57,198 bases of DNA from contig CAZXFI010000002.1 in the NCBI GenBank assembly GCA_964640225.1, positions 1 through 57,198 of the forward strand, written 5' to 3'. The stretch's first letter is position 1. The number at the start of each line of letters is the position of its first letter. Made by a program: the position numbers and the translations under genes. The stretch is from an uncultured archaeon (GTDB taxonomy: Archaea; Aenigmatarchaeota; Aenigmatarchaeia; PWEA01; JAGHBM01). The notes beneath the pieces were generated by a model. The model was not told the DNA's origin, ran no database searches, and saw nothing but the letters and a program-made list of their open reading frames with translations. Positions 1 to 8,808 of the stretch are shown in pieces.

Positions 1-169
1 CTACAAGAGGGTCTGCTTTTCCCATATCATATTTCTTCCAGACATTATCGATTTTTATTATTCTTTCTTGTTTCATTCTTTAAGACTTCCTTTTTGGAAT
101 TCAATTTCCGAAAAAATTTTATTAACTCATTATGAACATCTTTATTTATACAAAAAAATAAAAAAAGAT

Positions 170-550
170 TTATTCTGTTGCTACTCTGTGACATCCTTCT
201 TTGAATCCATCTTTCATCTTAGGACACCCTTCAGAGCCATGACAACCGCCCATTCTTTTATGATACTTTTGCATGCTCCTCTCCTTGTCCTGGTGCATTG
301 GGCAGTCTCCAGCGTAGTCACATTCGCCGTCACCATCAGCATCTGCAAATCCTTCTCTTTGGCCTTTGTTGTCACAGACTCCATCGCCATCGCCATCTAC
401 AAAATTGTCGCATACATCATCACTGTCTTCATCTACAAATCCTGTGGCTGGTGCGTTTTCTGTTTCTTGAGCAAAAGCAAAACCCATTGTCGCAAACAGC
501 CCGACAACAAACATTGCTCCAATGCCGATTACCGCTATTTTTCGATCCAT
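170..550 (-). CDS. Secreted Cys/His/Met-rich protein with three DxDxD(G/D)xCD calcium-binding-like repeats
   Basis: ATG at 550 (MDRKIAVIGIG...). Signal peptide ending AFA-Q. Repeats DEDSDDVCD, DGDGDGVCD, DADGDGECD. C-terminal CPMH, GGCHG, CPKM. Confidence 0.7.
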   Translation of the reverse strand: MDRKIAVIGIGAMFVVGLFATMGFAFAQETENAPATGFVDEDSDDVCDNFVDGDGDGVCDNKGQREGFADADGDGECDYAGDCPMHQDKERSMQKYHKRMGGCHGSEGCPKMKDGFKEGCHRVATE

Positions 551-579
551 TAAGTTTTCACCTCCTAAATTTTTATATA

Positions 580-672
580 TTTCATATGTTTGAAACCGTA
601 TATAAAAGTTTGCTGAAACCAATATTTTTGGTTTCATAATAATGAAATTTGGTTTCTAAATAATGAAACCAA
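580..672. promoter_or_regulatory. Divergent promoter with clustered GTTTCA/TGAAAC operator-like inverted repeats
   Basis: Perfect IR TGAAACCAA-N5-TTGGTTTCA (614-636), TTGGTTTC-N8-GAAACCAA (649-672) and TTTCA-N6-TGAAA (580-595), flanked by TATA-like boxes. Confidence 0.6.
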
Positions 673-710
673 TAGCAACTTTTATATATTACCCCCATTT
701 ACAATAAACA

Positions 711-1259
711 ATGAAAGTCAAGAATAAAACATTTTGGTTGCCCATTTCAATAATTGCTTTGGTGGGGGTTGTTTTCATATTTTGGCAAAGCATTTTTACA
801 GGCACACCCATGAACGGGCACGGTATGTGTCCCAGAATGATACCCAATTATCTGTTGTGGCTTTCCATGGTTTTGATGGTAATAGTGGTTGTGCCGATAT
901 CATATCACTTTGTTTCTAAAAAATTGGAAGAAAAGATGGAGAAAAATCTTAATATGATTACTAAATTAATGAATCATAAAATCGCATCAGAAAATAATGA
1001 CGAAAAGATTAGATTAACCAGCAATGGAAATATTTTGAAATTATTAAATCCGAATGAAAGGAAAGTTATTGAAAAAATAATTGAGAACAAGGGAAATGCA
1101 TTACAGTCTGAAATTAGCAGGATGGAAGGCATGACCAAGCTTAAAGCACACAGAGCAGTAAAGGAGCTGGCGAGTAAAGGAATTATCAAAGTTGAGCAAT
1201 ACGGCAAAACAAACCAACTTATTCTGATTGAAGATTTTAAAGACATAATACAAAAATAG
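711..1259 (+). CDS. Membrane-tethered winged-helix transcriptional regulator (2 TM + wHTH)
   Basis: Two hydrophobic helices with a GHGMCP loop. C-terminal LNPNERKVIEKI...QSEISRMEGMTKLKAHRAVKEL...GIIKVEQYGKTN wHTH. Confidence 0.75.
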   Translation: MKVKNKTFWLPISIIALVGVVFIFWQSIFTGTPMNGHGMCPRMIPNYLLWLSMVLMVIVVVPISYHFVSKKLEEKMEKNLNMITKLMNHKIASENNDEKIRLTSNGNILKLLNPNERKVIEKIIENKGNALQSEISRMEGMTKLKAHRAVKELASKGIIKVEQYGKTNQLILIEDFKDIIQK

Positions 1260-1359
1260 GATTACTAATGCGAATCTATAACATGTATCTTAATCTTTCA
1301 AATAACAGGTTATCAGAACTAAAATTGTAAATAATTTTTAATTACAAATAATTTTTTAT

Positions 1360-2106
1360 TCACAATCCCTTTACCATGTTTCTTTTATGAAAATGGATTG
1401 ATATCAACAAGAAAACGACCGTGAAAAAAATCAAAGCAAAGAAATCCACCACCAAAGGAAACACAGACGCACCACCCAACCCAGCATGAAACAAATCAAC
1501 AAGATACGTAAGCGGGGAAACATACGATAAAAACTGTCCAACTCCCTGAAGATCCTGCAATGGAATAAAGATACCGCTAATGAAAATCAACGGAAACCGT
1601 ATCAAACTGGAAAACATCATAATGTGAGATGGCGAGCGAACAGAGGGGGAAGCCAAGGCCACACCCAGCGACGCAAAACAAAGCGTGCCTAGGACCAGTG
1701 CAATGGCCAGTATCAGCAAGTTCATGAGAGGAAACTGCAGGAAAAAAAGAGCAGCTACCGTGACCAGTGAAGTGATTATCAACCCATAGACCGCACCGGC
1801 CAGCACGTCGCCTAAAATGATAGTATGAATGCTCACAGGGAAGGAGAGCAACCGCTCGTATGTCCCCGCCTGCTTCTCCCACGGAGTGATTAGCGGACCG
1901 ACGGATGACGAGGTAAAAAACAAGGCCATCGCAAGAAAACCCGGGAAAAAGAGCGATATGTCGACCGTCCTGCCCATTTGAAATGATACGAACATAAACA
2001 GCGGAAACAAAAGCCCGAATATGATTACGGGCGCTTTCCTGTAGTAAATTTTGATGTTCTTTTCAGTGGTGACCAGGACACCCCGCAGAAAAATCGGCAG
2101 GTTCAT
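1360..2106 (-). CDS. ABC-2 type transporter permease
   Basis: About 6 TM helices, EKQAGTYERLLSFPV motif, PLTYLVD near the C-terminus. Directly downstream of the ABC ATPase. Confidence 0.9.
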   Translation of the reverse strand: MNLPIFLRGVLVTTEKNIKIYYRKAPVIIFGLLFPLFMFVSFQMGRTVDISLFFPGFLAMALFFTSSSVGPLITPWEKQAGTYERLLSFPVSIHTIILGDVLAGAVYGLIITSLVTVAALFFLQFPLMNLLILAIALVLGTLCFASLGVALASPSVRSPSHIMMFSSLIRFPLIFISGIFIPLQDLQGVGQFLSYVSPLTYLVDLFHAGLGGASVFPLVVDFFALIFFTVVFLLISIHFHKRNMVKGL

Positions 2107-3035
2107 TTTCCCCCCTCCGTCAACCTGACGAAAGCTTCTTCAAGGCGGGGGCCGGCTGTCGCCAGGGAGATTATCTTCAAATCGTTCTTTTCCGCAATGG
2201 TCACCACATGTTTGACCGCAGTATCAGGATTTGTTGTATAAAGCACCAATTTATCGCCCTGCCGGTCAATTTTAGAAATGACATCGGATTGAAATAATTC
2301 TGTCCCCACTTTTTCATTAAAGGAAACTTCAATGGATTGTGTTTTGTCAAAAGTGAACTTTAATTTCTCGGGCCGGTCTATCGCAGCGATTTTTCCCTTG
2401 TTGATAATACACACCCGCTTACAGAGTTTATTGGCCTCTTCAATGTTGTGAGTAGTCAAAAAAATAGTGCACCCCCTTTCGTTCATGGTTCGGATGGTTT
2501 TAATTACCAGCCTTCTGCTCTGGACATCGAGGCCCTCCGTCGGCTCGTCCAAAAAAAGAATCTGTGGGTCATGAACTATGGCACAAGCAATGCTGACACG
2601 CTGTTTCATTCCCTTGGAAAAAGTCCTGACGGGGTCATCTTTTCGTTCATAAAGTCCGAGCACAGAAAGGATATCTTCGGATTTATTTTTAAGTTCATCC
2701 TTTGTCAGGCCGTAATATTTGCCCGCTAGGAGAACGTTCTGCTCCGCTGTCAGGTCAACATACACATTTCCCATCTCTGGAATGACTCCCATAATCGCCT
2801 TTGCTTCCATCGCTTTGTGCCTCATGTTGATTCCCTTGATGGTTACATCTCCAGCATCAGGTGTCAATATGCCTGTTAGCAGCCGTATGGTCGTGGTTTT
2901 TCCAGCCCCGTTAGGCCCGAGGAAACCAAAAATCTCTCCCGACTCGACGTCAAAGTTTACGCCATCAACGGCGACAGCACTGCCAAACCTCTTTTTCAGC
3001 CGCTCTGCCCTTATTGCGAATTGTTCGTCGTCCAT
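2103..3035 (-). CDS. ABC transporter ATP-binding protein (multidrug/DrrA-like)
   Basis: Walker A GPNGAGKTT, signature FSKGMKQR, Walker B ILFLDEPT, H-loop LTTH. Confidence 0.95.
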   Translation of the reverse strand: MDDEQFAIRAERLKKRFGSAVAVDGVNFDVESGEIFGFLGPNGAGKTTTIRLLTGILTPDAGDVTIKGINMRHKAMEAKAIMGVIPEMGNVYVDLTAEQNVLLAGKYYGLTKDELKNKSEDILSVLGLYERKDDPVRTFSKGMKQRVSIACAIVHDPQILFLDEPTEGLDVQSRRLVIKTIRTMNERGCTIFLTTHNIEEANKLCKRVCIINKGKIAAIDRPEKLKFTFDKTQSIEVSFNEKVGTELFQSDVISKIDRQGDKLVLYTTNPDTAVKHVVTIAEKNDLKIISLATAGPRLEEAFVRLTEGGK

Positions 3036-3047
3036 CCTCTGCCTCCT

Positions 3048-3353
3048 TTACCTTCTTTTAACCTGGATGCCCATAATCTTCACGCCGGTTTCGGTCCTCA
3101 TTGACAGCGTCGCCGGCTCGGTGATAAGGCATTGGCCTTCCCCGATGGCGGCCTTTTCGCCGTTGACTTCCACCACAGTTTGCCCCTCAACCACGTAGAA
3201 AATTACATGGTCCGCCATCTCGCAGGGCGGCATTTCATCCCCCGGAGAAAGTTCTATGATTCTTGTTTTAAAATCACTGCCCTCGTAAAGGATGTCCTTA
3301 TCCCGCTCGGCATGCGAATGCCCGCTTATTTCATGAAAATCAAGCACCCTCAT
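3048..3353 (-). CDS. Cupin domain protein
   Basis: Cupin beta-barrel pattern [11 protein letters not shown]...[27 protein letters not shown]. Confidence 0.8.
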   Translation of the reverse strand: MRVLDFHEISGHSHAERDKDILYEGSDFKTRIIELSPGDEMPPCEMADHVIFYVVEGQTVVEVNGEKAAIGEGQCLITEPATLSMRTETGVKIMGIQVKRR

Positions 3354-3664
3354 CGGTTCTCCCTCTTTTTTAACAGGTCAATTTCAATTTTTGTTTTTTT
3401 CAGTTTCCATATCTTTTCGGGCGCACCGCCGCCTTCCTCCTTATATTCGGCTACATTGATTATACCCGCTTTTTTCAGCTCTGACAAATGAAAGTATAAT
3501 CCTGACAAAGTGATTCCTTCGCCATCTTTACGTAAAAAATCGTGGATTTGCTTTGTGCTTTTGCTACCTTTCCCGATAAAATGAATTATTTCCCATCGGG
3601 TGGGGCAGTGAAGGGCACGTATGTATTTTCTTAGCGGGTTGAAATGACCATTGCAATCACACAT
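3350..3664 (-). CDS. ArsR/SmtB-like winged-helix regulator with N-terminal CxC/His site
   Basis: [11 protein letters not shown]...[25 protein letters not shown] before the ATG. N-terminus MCDCNGH. Confidence 0.85.
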   Translation of the reverse strand: MCDCNGHFNPLRKYIRALHCPTRWEIIHFIGKGSKSTKQIHDFLRKDGEGITLSGLYFHLSELKKAGIINVAEYKEEGGGAPEKIWKLKKTKIEIDLLKKRENR

Positions 3665-3667
3665 TTT

Positions 3668-3719
3668 ATCACCATGATATTACTGTATAATACTATAATA
3701 TCACAGTGATATTTAAAGC
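3668..3719 (-). promoter_or_regulatory. Operator palindrome and TATA box of the ArsR-cupin-ABC operon
   Basis: Perfect ATATCAC-A-GTGATAT (3698-3712) abutting a TTTAAA box, plus a degenerate copy ATCAC-C-ATGAT near 3668-3678. Confidence 0.6.
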
Positions 3720-3899
3720 TTTGTTTAAAGCTAATTTATTTCTTAAAAAACATATAACGGTGTTATATTCCTGCACTTTGAAATTTAGTTCAACAAAATA
3801 ATTATTACAGAACGAGTTATGTTATTTGCAACGCACTGTGTGTAAACATGGGATGCCAAAATAGAGGGATGCTGACTCCGAAGGCTTCCTCAACAAATC

Positions 3900-3977
3900 C
3901 CTTTCTTTTCAAAAAAGAAAGGTTTTTGTATTATTTGAAAATCAAAGATTTTCAAAATTGAAAACAGAAGTTTTCAA
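3900..3977. repeat. Three consecutive AT-rich hairpins (palindromic repeat cluster)
   Basis: CCTTTCTTTT-like stem with CAA loop (3900-3922), TTTGAAAATC-AAA-GATTTTCAAA (3934-3956), TTGAAAAC-AGAA-GTTTTCAA (3958-3977). Confidence 0.75.
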
Positions 3978-4041
3978 ATCCCAAAGAAAATATACTTAGT
4001 CCATAATCTCAGGTTTTTAAACATTGGCGAGAAATAATATC

Positions 4042-4413
4042 ATGATGGAGATTTCAATTTTTTTCGCGAGGCTATGGGGAAGTTTTTTCCTTATTTTCGG
4101 TTTTCTTTTTATCGTGGCAAGGCAGCTGGGCAAGACCATAGAAATGACCGATGACAAGGCCTTCGTAATTTCCACCGGCTACGTAACAATGCTTATGGGG
4201 CTGGTCACGGTTATTCTGCACAACGTCTGGACGGCCGACTGGAGAGTTGTCATAACCATTCTGGGCTGGTCCACCCTAATCAAGGGAATTATGAAAATCG
4301 GATTCCCGGAATACATTCACAAGCAGGCCCAAAAGTTCAAAAAGAAGCAGGTAATCAGCACCATCATTCTGGCCCTCCTGGGTGCGTGGCTTCTTTGGAT
4401 GAGTTTTGCCTAG
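4042..4413 (+). CDS. Hypothetical integral membrane protein (about 4 TM)
   Basis: Hydrophobic ORF. ATG at 4042 is preferred over TTG at 4024. Confidence 0.65.
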   Translation: MMEISIFFARLWGSFFLIFGFLFIVARQLGKTIEMTDDKAFVISTGYVTMLMGLVTVILHNVWTADWRVVITILGWSTLIKGIMKIGFPEYIHKQAQKFKKKQVISTIILALLGAWLLWMSFA

Positions 4414-4467
4414 CCTGCCGATTATTCAGGCTTTTAAATTCTGGAACTCTAATAATAGTGTGGTAAT

Positions 4468-4806
4468 ATGGCTAAGAAAAAAACGGTCAAGAAAAAAACC
4501 GCCAAAAAAAGAACAACCAAGAAAACGGAAAAGGAGCCTTCCTGGGATGAGATTGGGGAATCCATCGGGAAAAAGATTGAAAAGGCCTCAAAAGAAGGCA
4601 AATTTAATTGCAAGTCCTGGGACTTCAGGCACAAGGTGCACTGCCACGGAACCGGGGGATGCTTTTATTTCCTGGGGTTCGTAGGCGCGCTTGTGTACTA
4701 CGTGACCACCGCCCCGACATTCTGGGACGCGTTCCTGGGATTCTTCAAGGCGCTGCTCTGGCCGGCTTTCCTGGTTTTCGGGATTCTCCATTTAATTGGA
4801 GCTTAA
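4468..4806 (+). CDS. Small membrane protein with Lys-rich N-terminus
   Basis: MAKKKTVKKKTAKK..., HCHG motif, then two TM helices (FYFLGFVGALVYY; FFKALLWPAFLV). Confidence 0.7.
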   Translation: MAKKKTVKKKTAKKRTTKKTEKEPSWDEIGESIGKKIEKASKEGKFNCKSWDFRHKVHCHGTGGCFYFLGFVGALVYYVTTAPTFWDAFLGFFKALLWPAFLVFGILHLIGA

Positions 4807-4868
4807 CAAAAGCGCGCAAGGTTTTCTCTGTTTCATGTTTTTAAACCACGGGCACCAAATCTAATTGT

Positions 4869-5366
4869 ATGTTTTACACGGACAGGAGGTTCTTGGCCGG
4901 AATAATCGCGGTGCTGTCGGCGCTTTCAGTCCTGTATTTCTTTCTTGCACCGGACCTGCCTTCGGAAATTGTGGAAACCCTTTCCGGAAGGGACGCCTCT
5001 CTTGGTGAGGAGGAAGAGGAAACCGGACCGGAGGAGTGCCCCACGTGCGGAAGCGGGGAAACCGCGGAAGGAGACTGGGAGGAAAAAGAAGACTCCGGAG
5101 AAGGAGGAGGCGGCGGGGGCGGAGGCTCGGGAGGCTCTGAACTAGGTCCGCAGGGATGCGAGGCCCACACCGGGAACAAGAGGGACTGGTGCTACAGGGA
5201 CCTGGCCCTTGAACAGGGAGACCACACGATATGCCTGAACATAGTGGACGACTACAACAGGGACAGCTGCTACAGGTACCTGGCCATGGACCTGGACGAC
5301 CCCTCCCTCTGCGACTACATAGAAGACGAGTTCAGAAGGGAATGGTGCCACGAGCTCCTGGACTAG
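4869..5366 (+). CDS. Membrane-anchored surface protein with acidic/Gly linker and three Cys-helix repeats
   Basis: N-terminal TM, Glu/Gly-rich linker, repeats C-x6-RDWCY, C-x7-RDSCY, C-x7-REWCH. Confidence 0.7.
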   Translation: MFYTDRRFLAGIIAVLSALSVLYFFLAPDLPSEIVETLSGRDASLGEEEEETGPEECPTCGSGETAEGDWEEKEDSGEGGGGGGGGSGGSELGPQGCEAHTGNKRDWCYRDLALEQGDHTICLNIVDDYNRDSCYRYLAMDLDDPSLCDYIEDEFRREWCHELLD

Positions 5367-7496
5367 AGCTTTTTCTGTTCTTCCTTCTTCTTACCAAACT
5401 GCTCCATTACTTTCTGCGCAATCTTCGGGCCGAGAAGGTCTCCGAGCCTTTCCTTCGGGGCCTTTCTAAGCGAGGAGACCGTGCGGTAGCCGGAATTGTA
5501 GAGTATCCTTGCCCTGGCTCTTCCTATTTCCCTTAGCTTGACGAGGCTCACCAGCTCCTCTTTTATCCCGTATTTCATCCTAGTCCTGATTTTTCTTATT
5601 TTCTTTGACTCCTCCCTGAGCCTGAGCAGGTTGGAAAGCTCCTGGCAGGAGTAAAGGAGCCAGTCTGCTATATCAACCTTTGACCTGAGGCCTCCGGGCG
5701 TGACGCCGTAGTTGTCCATGAGGAAATCCTCCCCTCTTTCGTTCATCCACTCCTCCAGGGCGAGCGCTGTCTTGAAATAACAGAGAAAATTGTCATACTC
5801 CAGGTCCCAGTTGCCCGGTATCTCTATACCAATATCTTCCCTTAAGGCGAGCTTCTCTTCCAGTTTCTCCAACTCGCTTTTTCTTATTCTGAAAGGGCCC
5901 ATTTCGCTGGTGGAGCTTATCAGGAGAAGGTAGTCAAAGCTCTCCAACCCGTGCCTCATTCCGCATATCAGCCTGTGCGCGGTTTCCGGGTCCAGGTAAA
6001 GCTCCGCCACCCTCTTGCCCATTCTTGTCACCTCAAACCCCCGGTCCCTTTTTATGAAATTTTGCTCCTCCAGCTTTTCCACTATGCCGCAAAGCATGTT
6101 TTTTATCCTGGATATGTCCCCGTACTGGTGGGCAAACAGGGTATCGGAGAAAAAATCCATCAGCTGTTCCTCGTTCCTTACCGTGGTCGCTATGAGAGAA
6201 AGCACGTGTGTTCTTAAAACCGGCTCCACCGAAAGCTTTGAGTATATGTTCTCGGCCTCGCCCATGAGGAACCTTTCCGCAAGCTCCTCGGCATCCCTTT
6301 CGTTCCTTCCTATAAGTATGGATTCGCCCTCCCTGTCGTACCTGGGCCTCCCTGCCCTTCCGGACATCTGTTGGTACTCAAGAACAGGGATGTAGACAGA
6401 GCCGTAGCCGGACTGGTATCTCTTGGCGTCCCTTATTATAACTCTCCACGCCGGAAGGTTCACGCCGGCCGCAAGGGTGGGCGTGGCTGACACGATTTTG
6501 ATTAGGTTCTGCCTGAAGTAGTCCTCTATGATTGTGCGCTGGCCGTTCTGCAGGCCCGCGTGGTGGAAGGCGGTGCCGTTTTTCACGCACTCGGCAAGCC
6601 TTCTGCACTGCCTGGTTGGGTGGGAGGGCACGGACAGTATTTTCTCCGAAATGTCTTGCAACAAAACCTTTTCCTCTTCCGTTAGGAATTTTTTGACAAA
6701 CTTCCCCGTTTCCTCCGCGGTCTTTTCCGCGTTCCTCCTGCTGGACAGGAAAATGAGAGCTTGTTTGTCCCTGGACACGGTCTCTTCCGTGAGCAGAATT
6801 TCCCCGGGGTGCCTGCCCCCGATTCCCACGTCCTTCTTCCCGAGAAACCTGATCTTCTCCCCGTCGTAAACCCCCTCATGAAGCTTTACGGGCCTGTAAT
6901 CGGACTTCACCAGTCCGGCACCCAGCCACTCCGCTATGTCAATAGCGTTGCTTATGGTGGCGGAGAGCCCCAGAATCTGGGCCCTGGTGTCCCTCTTTAG
7001 TTTCGTGAGAACCACTTCCAGCGTGGGCCCCCTGCTCCCGTCATTGAGCAGGTGTATCTCGTCTGCCACTATGAGGCCTATTTCCCTTACCCATACGGGA
7101 TTGTGCCTCAAAAGGGAATCCAGCTTTTCCACGGTGACTATAATCAGGTCGGAATTGGCCAGCCAGTTGTCCGAAGAGTCGTAGTCGCCCACCGAGAGCC
7201 CGACTTTTACGCCCAGACTGCGGTACTTTTTGAAATCCTTGTATTTCTCGTAGGCCAGCGCGCGGAGCGGGACGATGTAAACAGCCTTTCCTTTCCTTTC
7301 CATTATTGTTTTTAGGAAGGCAAGCTCGGCTATTAAGGTTTTTCCAGAGGCGGTTGGCGACGCGACCACGAGATTCTTGTAATCAAGAAGCCCCTTTTCC
7401 ACCGACATTTTCTGAGGAGGGTTTAGTTTCGTGATTCCCTCCAGAACAAGCATCTCCTTCGCCTTTTCCGGCATTTTCAGTTCCTTGGTCAGCATG
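5363..7496 (-). CDS. hel308: Hel308/Hjm SF2 DNA helicase
   Basis: Q motif PPQ, SPTASGKT, DEIH, SAT, HHAGL, TPTLAAGVNLP, QMSGRAGRP, C-terminal HhH. Start taken at ATG 7496, with TTTTATAG about 25 nt upstream. Confidence 0.95.
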
Positions 7497-8804
7497 TAGA
7501 TTATTGGAGGATGAGCTATAAAAGGGTTCGTCCGTTTCAAAGGCGGCTATGTTGAAGCTTTCGTGCTTGTGCCTGCACCCCTGCTCCGGGGTGTAAGTGA
7601 ACTCCGCTCCGGAAAACAGGAGCAGGTATGGGGCGTTGCCCAAATATTTTTCTATCCTTTTCTTCTCCTTGAACACGTTTCCTCCAAGGGCCTCCTGCCT
7701 CGCGGCGCACTCCGCAATAAGGCCCAGCGCGGGCTTTTTGGAAAACCCTTTCAGCGCCTCGTCCACAGCCCCTATCATTGACTCGCCGGAGGCGGTGAGC
7801 ATCGTCATTTCCGGGTTGTCTATCCGCCTTCCCATTATTATATAGTCTCCGTAAAACATGGTTGTTATCTCCGGGTAAAGTGCCCCGTCCTTCTCAAAGG
7901 AGGGCAGGACAAAGAAGGCCCTTTTGGTGATTTGCTCGTTTATGACTCCGGGCCTCCAGCCCAGGATTCTCAGGTACTCCTGCCTGGCGGGCTTCCCGTT
8001 TATCTCCTTTATAATCAGTCCGGTTCTGTCCTTTTTGGTCACGGTGAATTTCTTGTCCGTTTTCCTGAATCCGAAGCCTGTGTCCACGTAAACGTCAAAG
8101 TCGGATTTGAGGCCCACGGCAACTATGGAGTTGTTCAGCACTTCCTTTCCGTAAAACTGCCTGTGGCAGGAAAAGTGGATATCGGCCCAGGTGGAGGCGC
8201 CAAGGCCCTTGAAATCCGGCAGAACCTCCATCATGCCTTCCCTGACTTCCTCTTCCCTGCCCATTCCCCAGCCGAATATTCCCATTATGGGAAGCATGAG
8301 CGAGACAAATCTTCCTATTATCTTGCTGTCGCTTGTTTTCCTGTAGCCGAGAACAGGCATTTTCTTCAGGATTGCCCCGGAAGTTATGTCAAAAACAAAC
8401 CCGTTTTTGCAGGGGGATGCCGCGAGCTGCCTCCTGATTTCCTCCCCTGTTTTCCTCCCGGCCTTTTTGGGATTGCCTTTCGTGCCTTTACCGAATGCCG
8501 AGGCCACGTCCATCCGGTCGCACGCCACCGCAAGCATCACTGCGCCCCAGCTGAAACATCCCCGGGGAATCATGAAGCCGGACGTGGTGCCGCCTATAAG
8601 GTGTGTTCCCTCCGGCAGGACCTCCCAGACTCCGTCCAGAAGTTTTTGGTAACCGCCGTTCCTGTAGTACTCGTAGGTGCAGGATAGAATAACGAACCTG
8701 GGTTTGCCCCCGAGCCTGTCCAGCGCGTCCCGCGCAACCTCCCTTCCCGCTTCCTTCGGGTCCCAGTTTCTTGACAACCCTATACCTACTTTTAAGCTAG
8801 TCAT
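7383..8804 (-). CDS. FIST-domain (FIST_N + FIST_C) sensory protein, copy 1
   Basis: LIGGTTSG, KEINGKPA, ECAARQ and FSGAE patterns typical of FIST proteins. C-terminal extension overlaps hel308. Confidence 0.8.
   Translation of the reverse strand: MTSLKVGIGLSRNWDPKEAGREVARDALDRLGGKPRFVILSCTYEYYRNGGYQKLLDGVWEVLPEGTHLIGGTTSGFMIPRGCFSWGAVMLAVACDRMDVASAFGKGTKGNPKKAGRKTGEEIRRQLAASPCKNGFVFDITSGAILKKMPVLGYRKTSDSKIIGRFVSLMLPIMGIFGWGMGREEEVREGMMEVLPDFKGLGASTWADIHFSCHRQFYGKEVLNNSIVAVGLKSDFDVYVDTGFGFRKTDKKFTVTKKDRTGLIIKEINGKPARQEYLRILGWRPGVINEQITKRAFFVLPSFEKDGALYPEITTMFYGDYIIMGRRIDNPEMTMLTASGESMIGAVDEALKGFSKKPALGLIAECAARQEALGGNVFKEKKRIEKYLGNAPYLLLFSGAEFTYTPEQGCRHKHESFNIAAFETDEPFYSSSSNNLHADQGTENAGKGEGDACSGGNHETKPSSENVGGKGAS
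7932..8080. repeat. 149-bp direct repeat shared by FIST copies 1 and 3
   Basis: Identical by eye to 10520-10668 (offset 2588). Confidence 0.9.
8397..8765. repeat. 369-bp direct repeat shared by FIST copies 1 and 3
   Basis: Identical by eye to 10985-11353 (offset 2588). Confidence 0.9.
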
Positions 8805-8808
8805 TGAA

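Noticed and set aside
5100-5136. GGA/GGC microsatellite as a phase-variation tract
   Set aside because: It is an imperfect triplet run encoding a Gly linker. Slippage would keep the frame.
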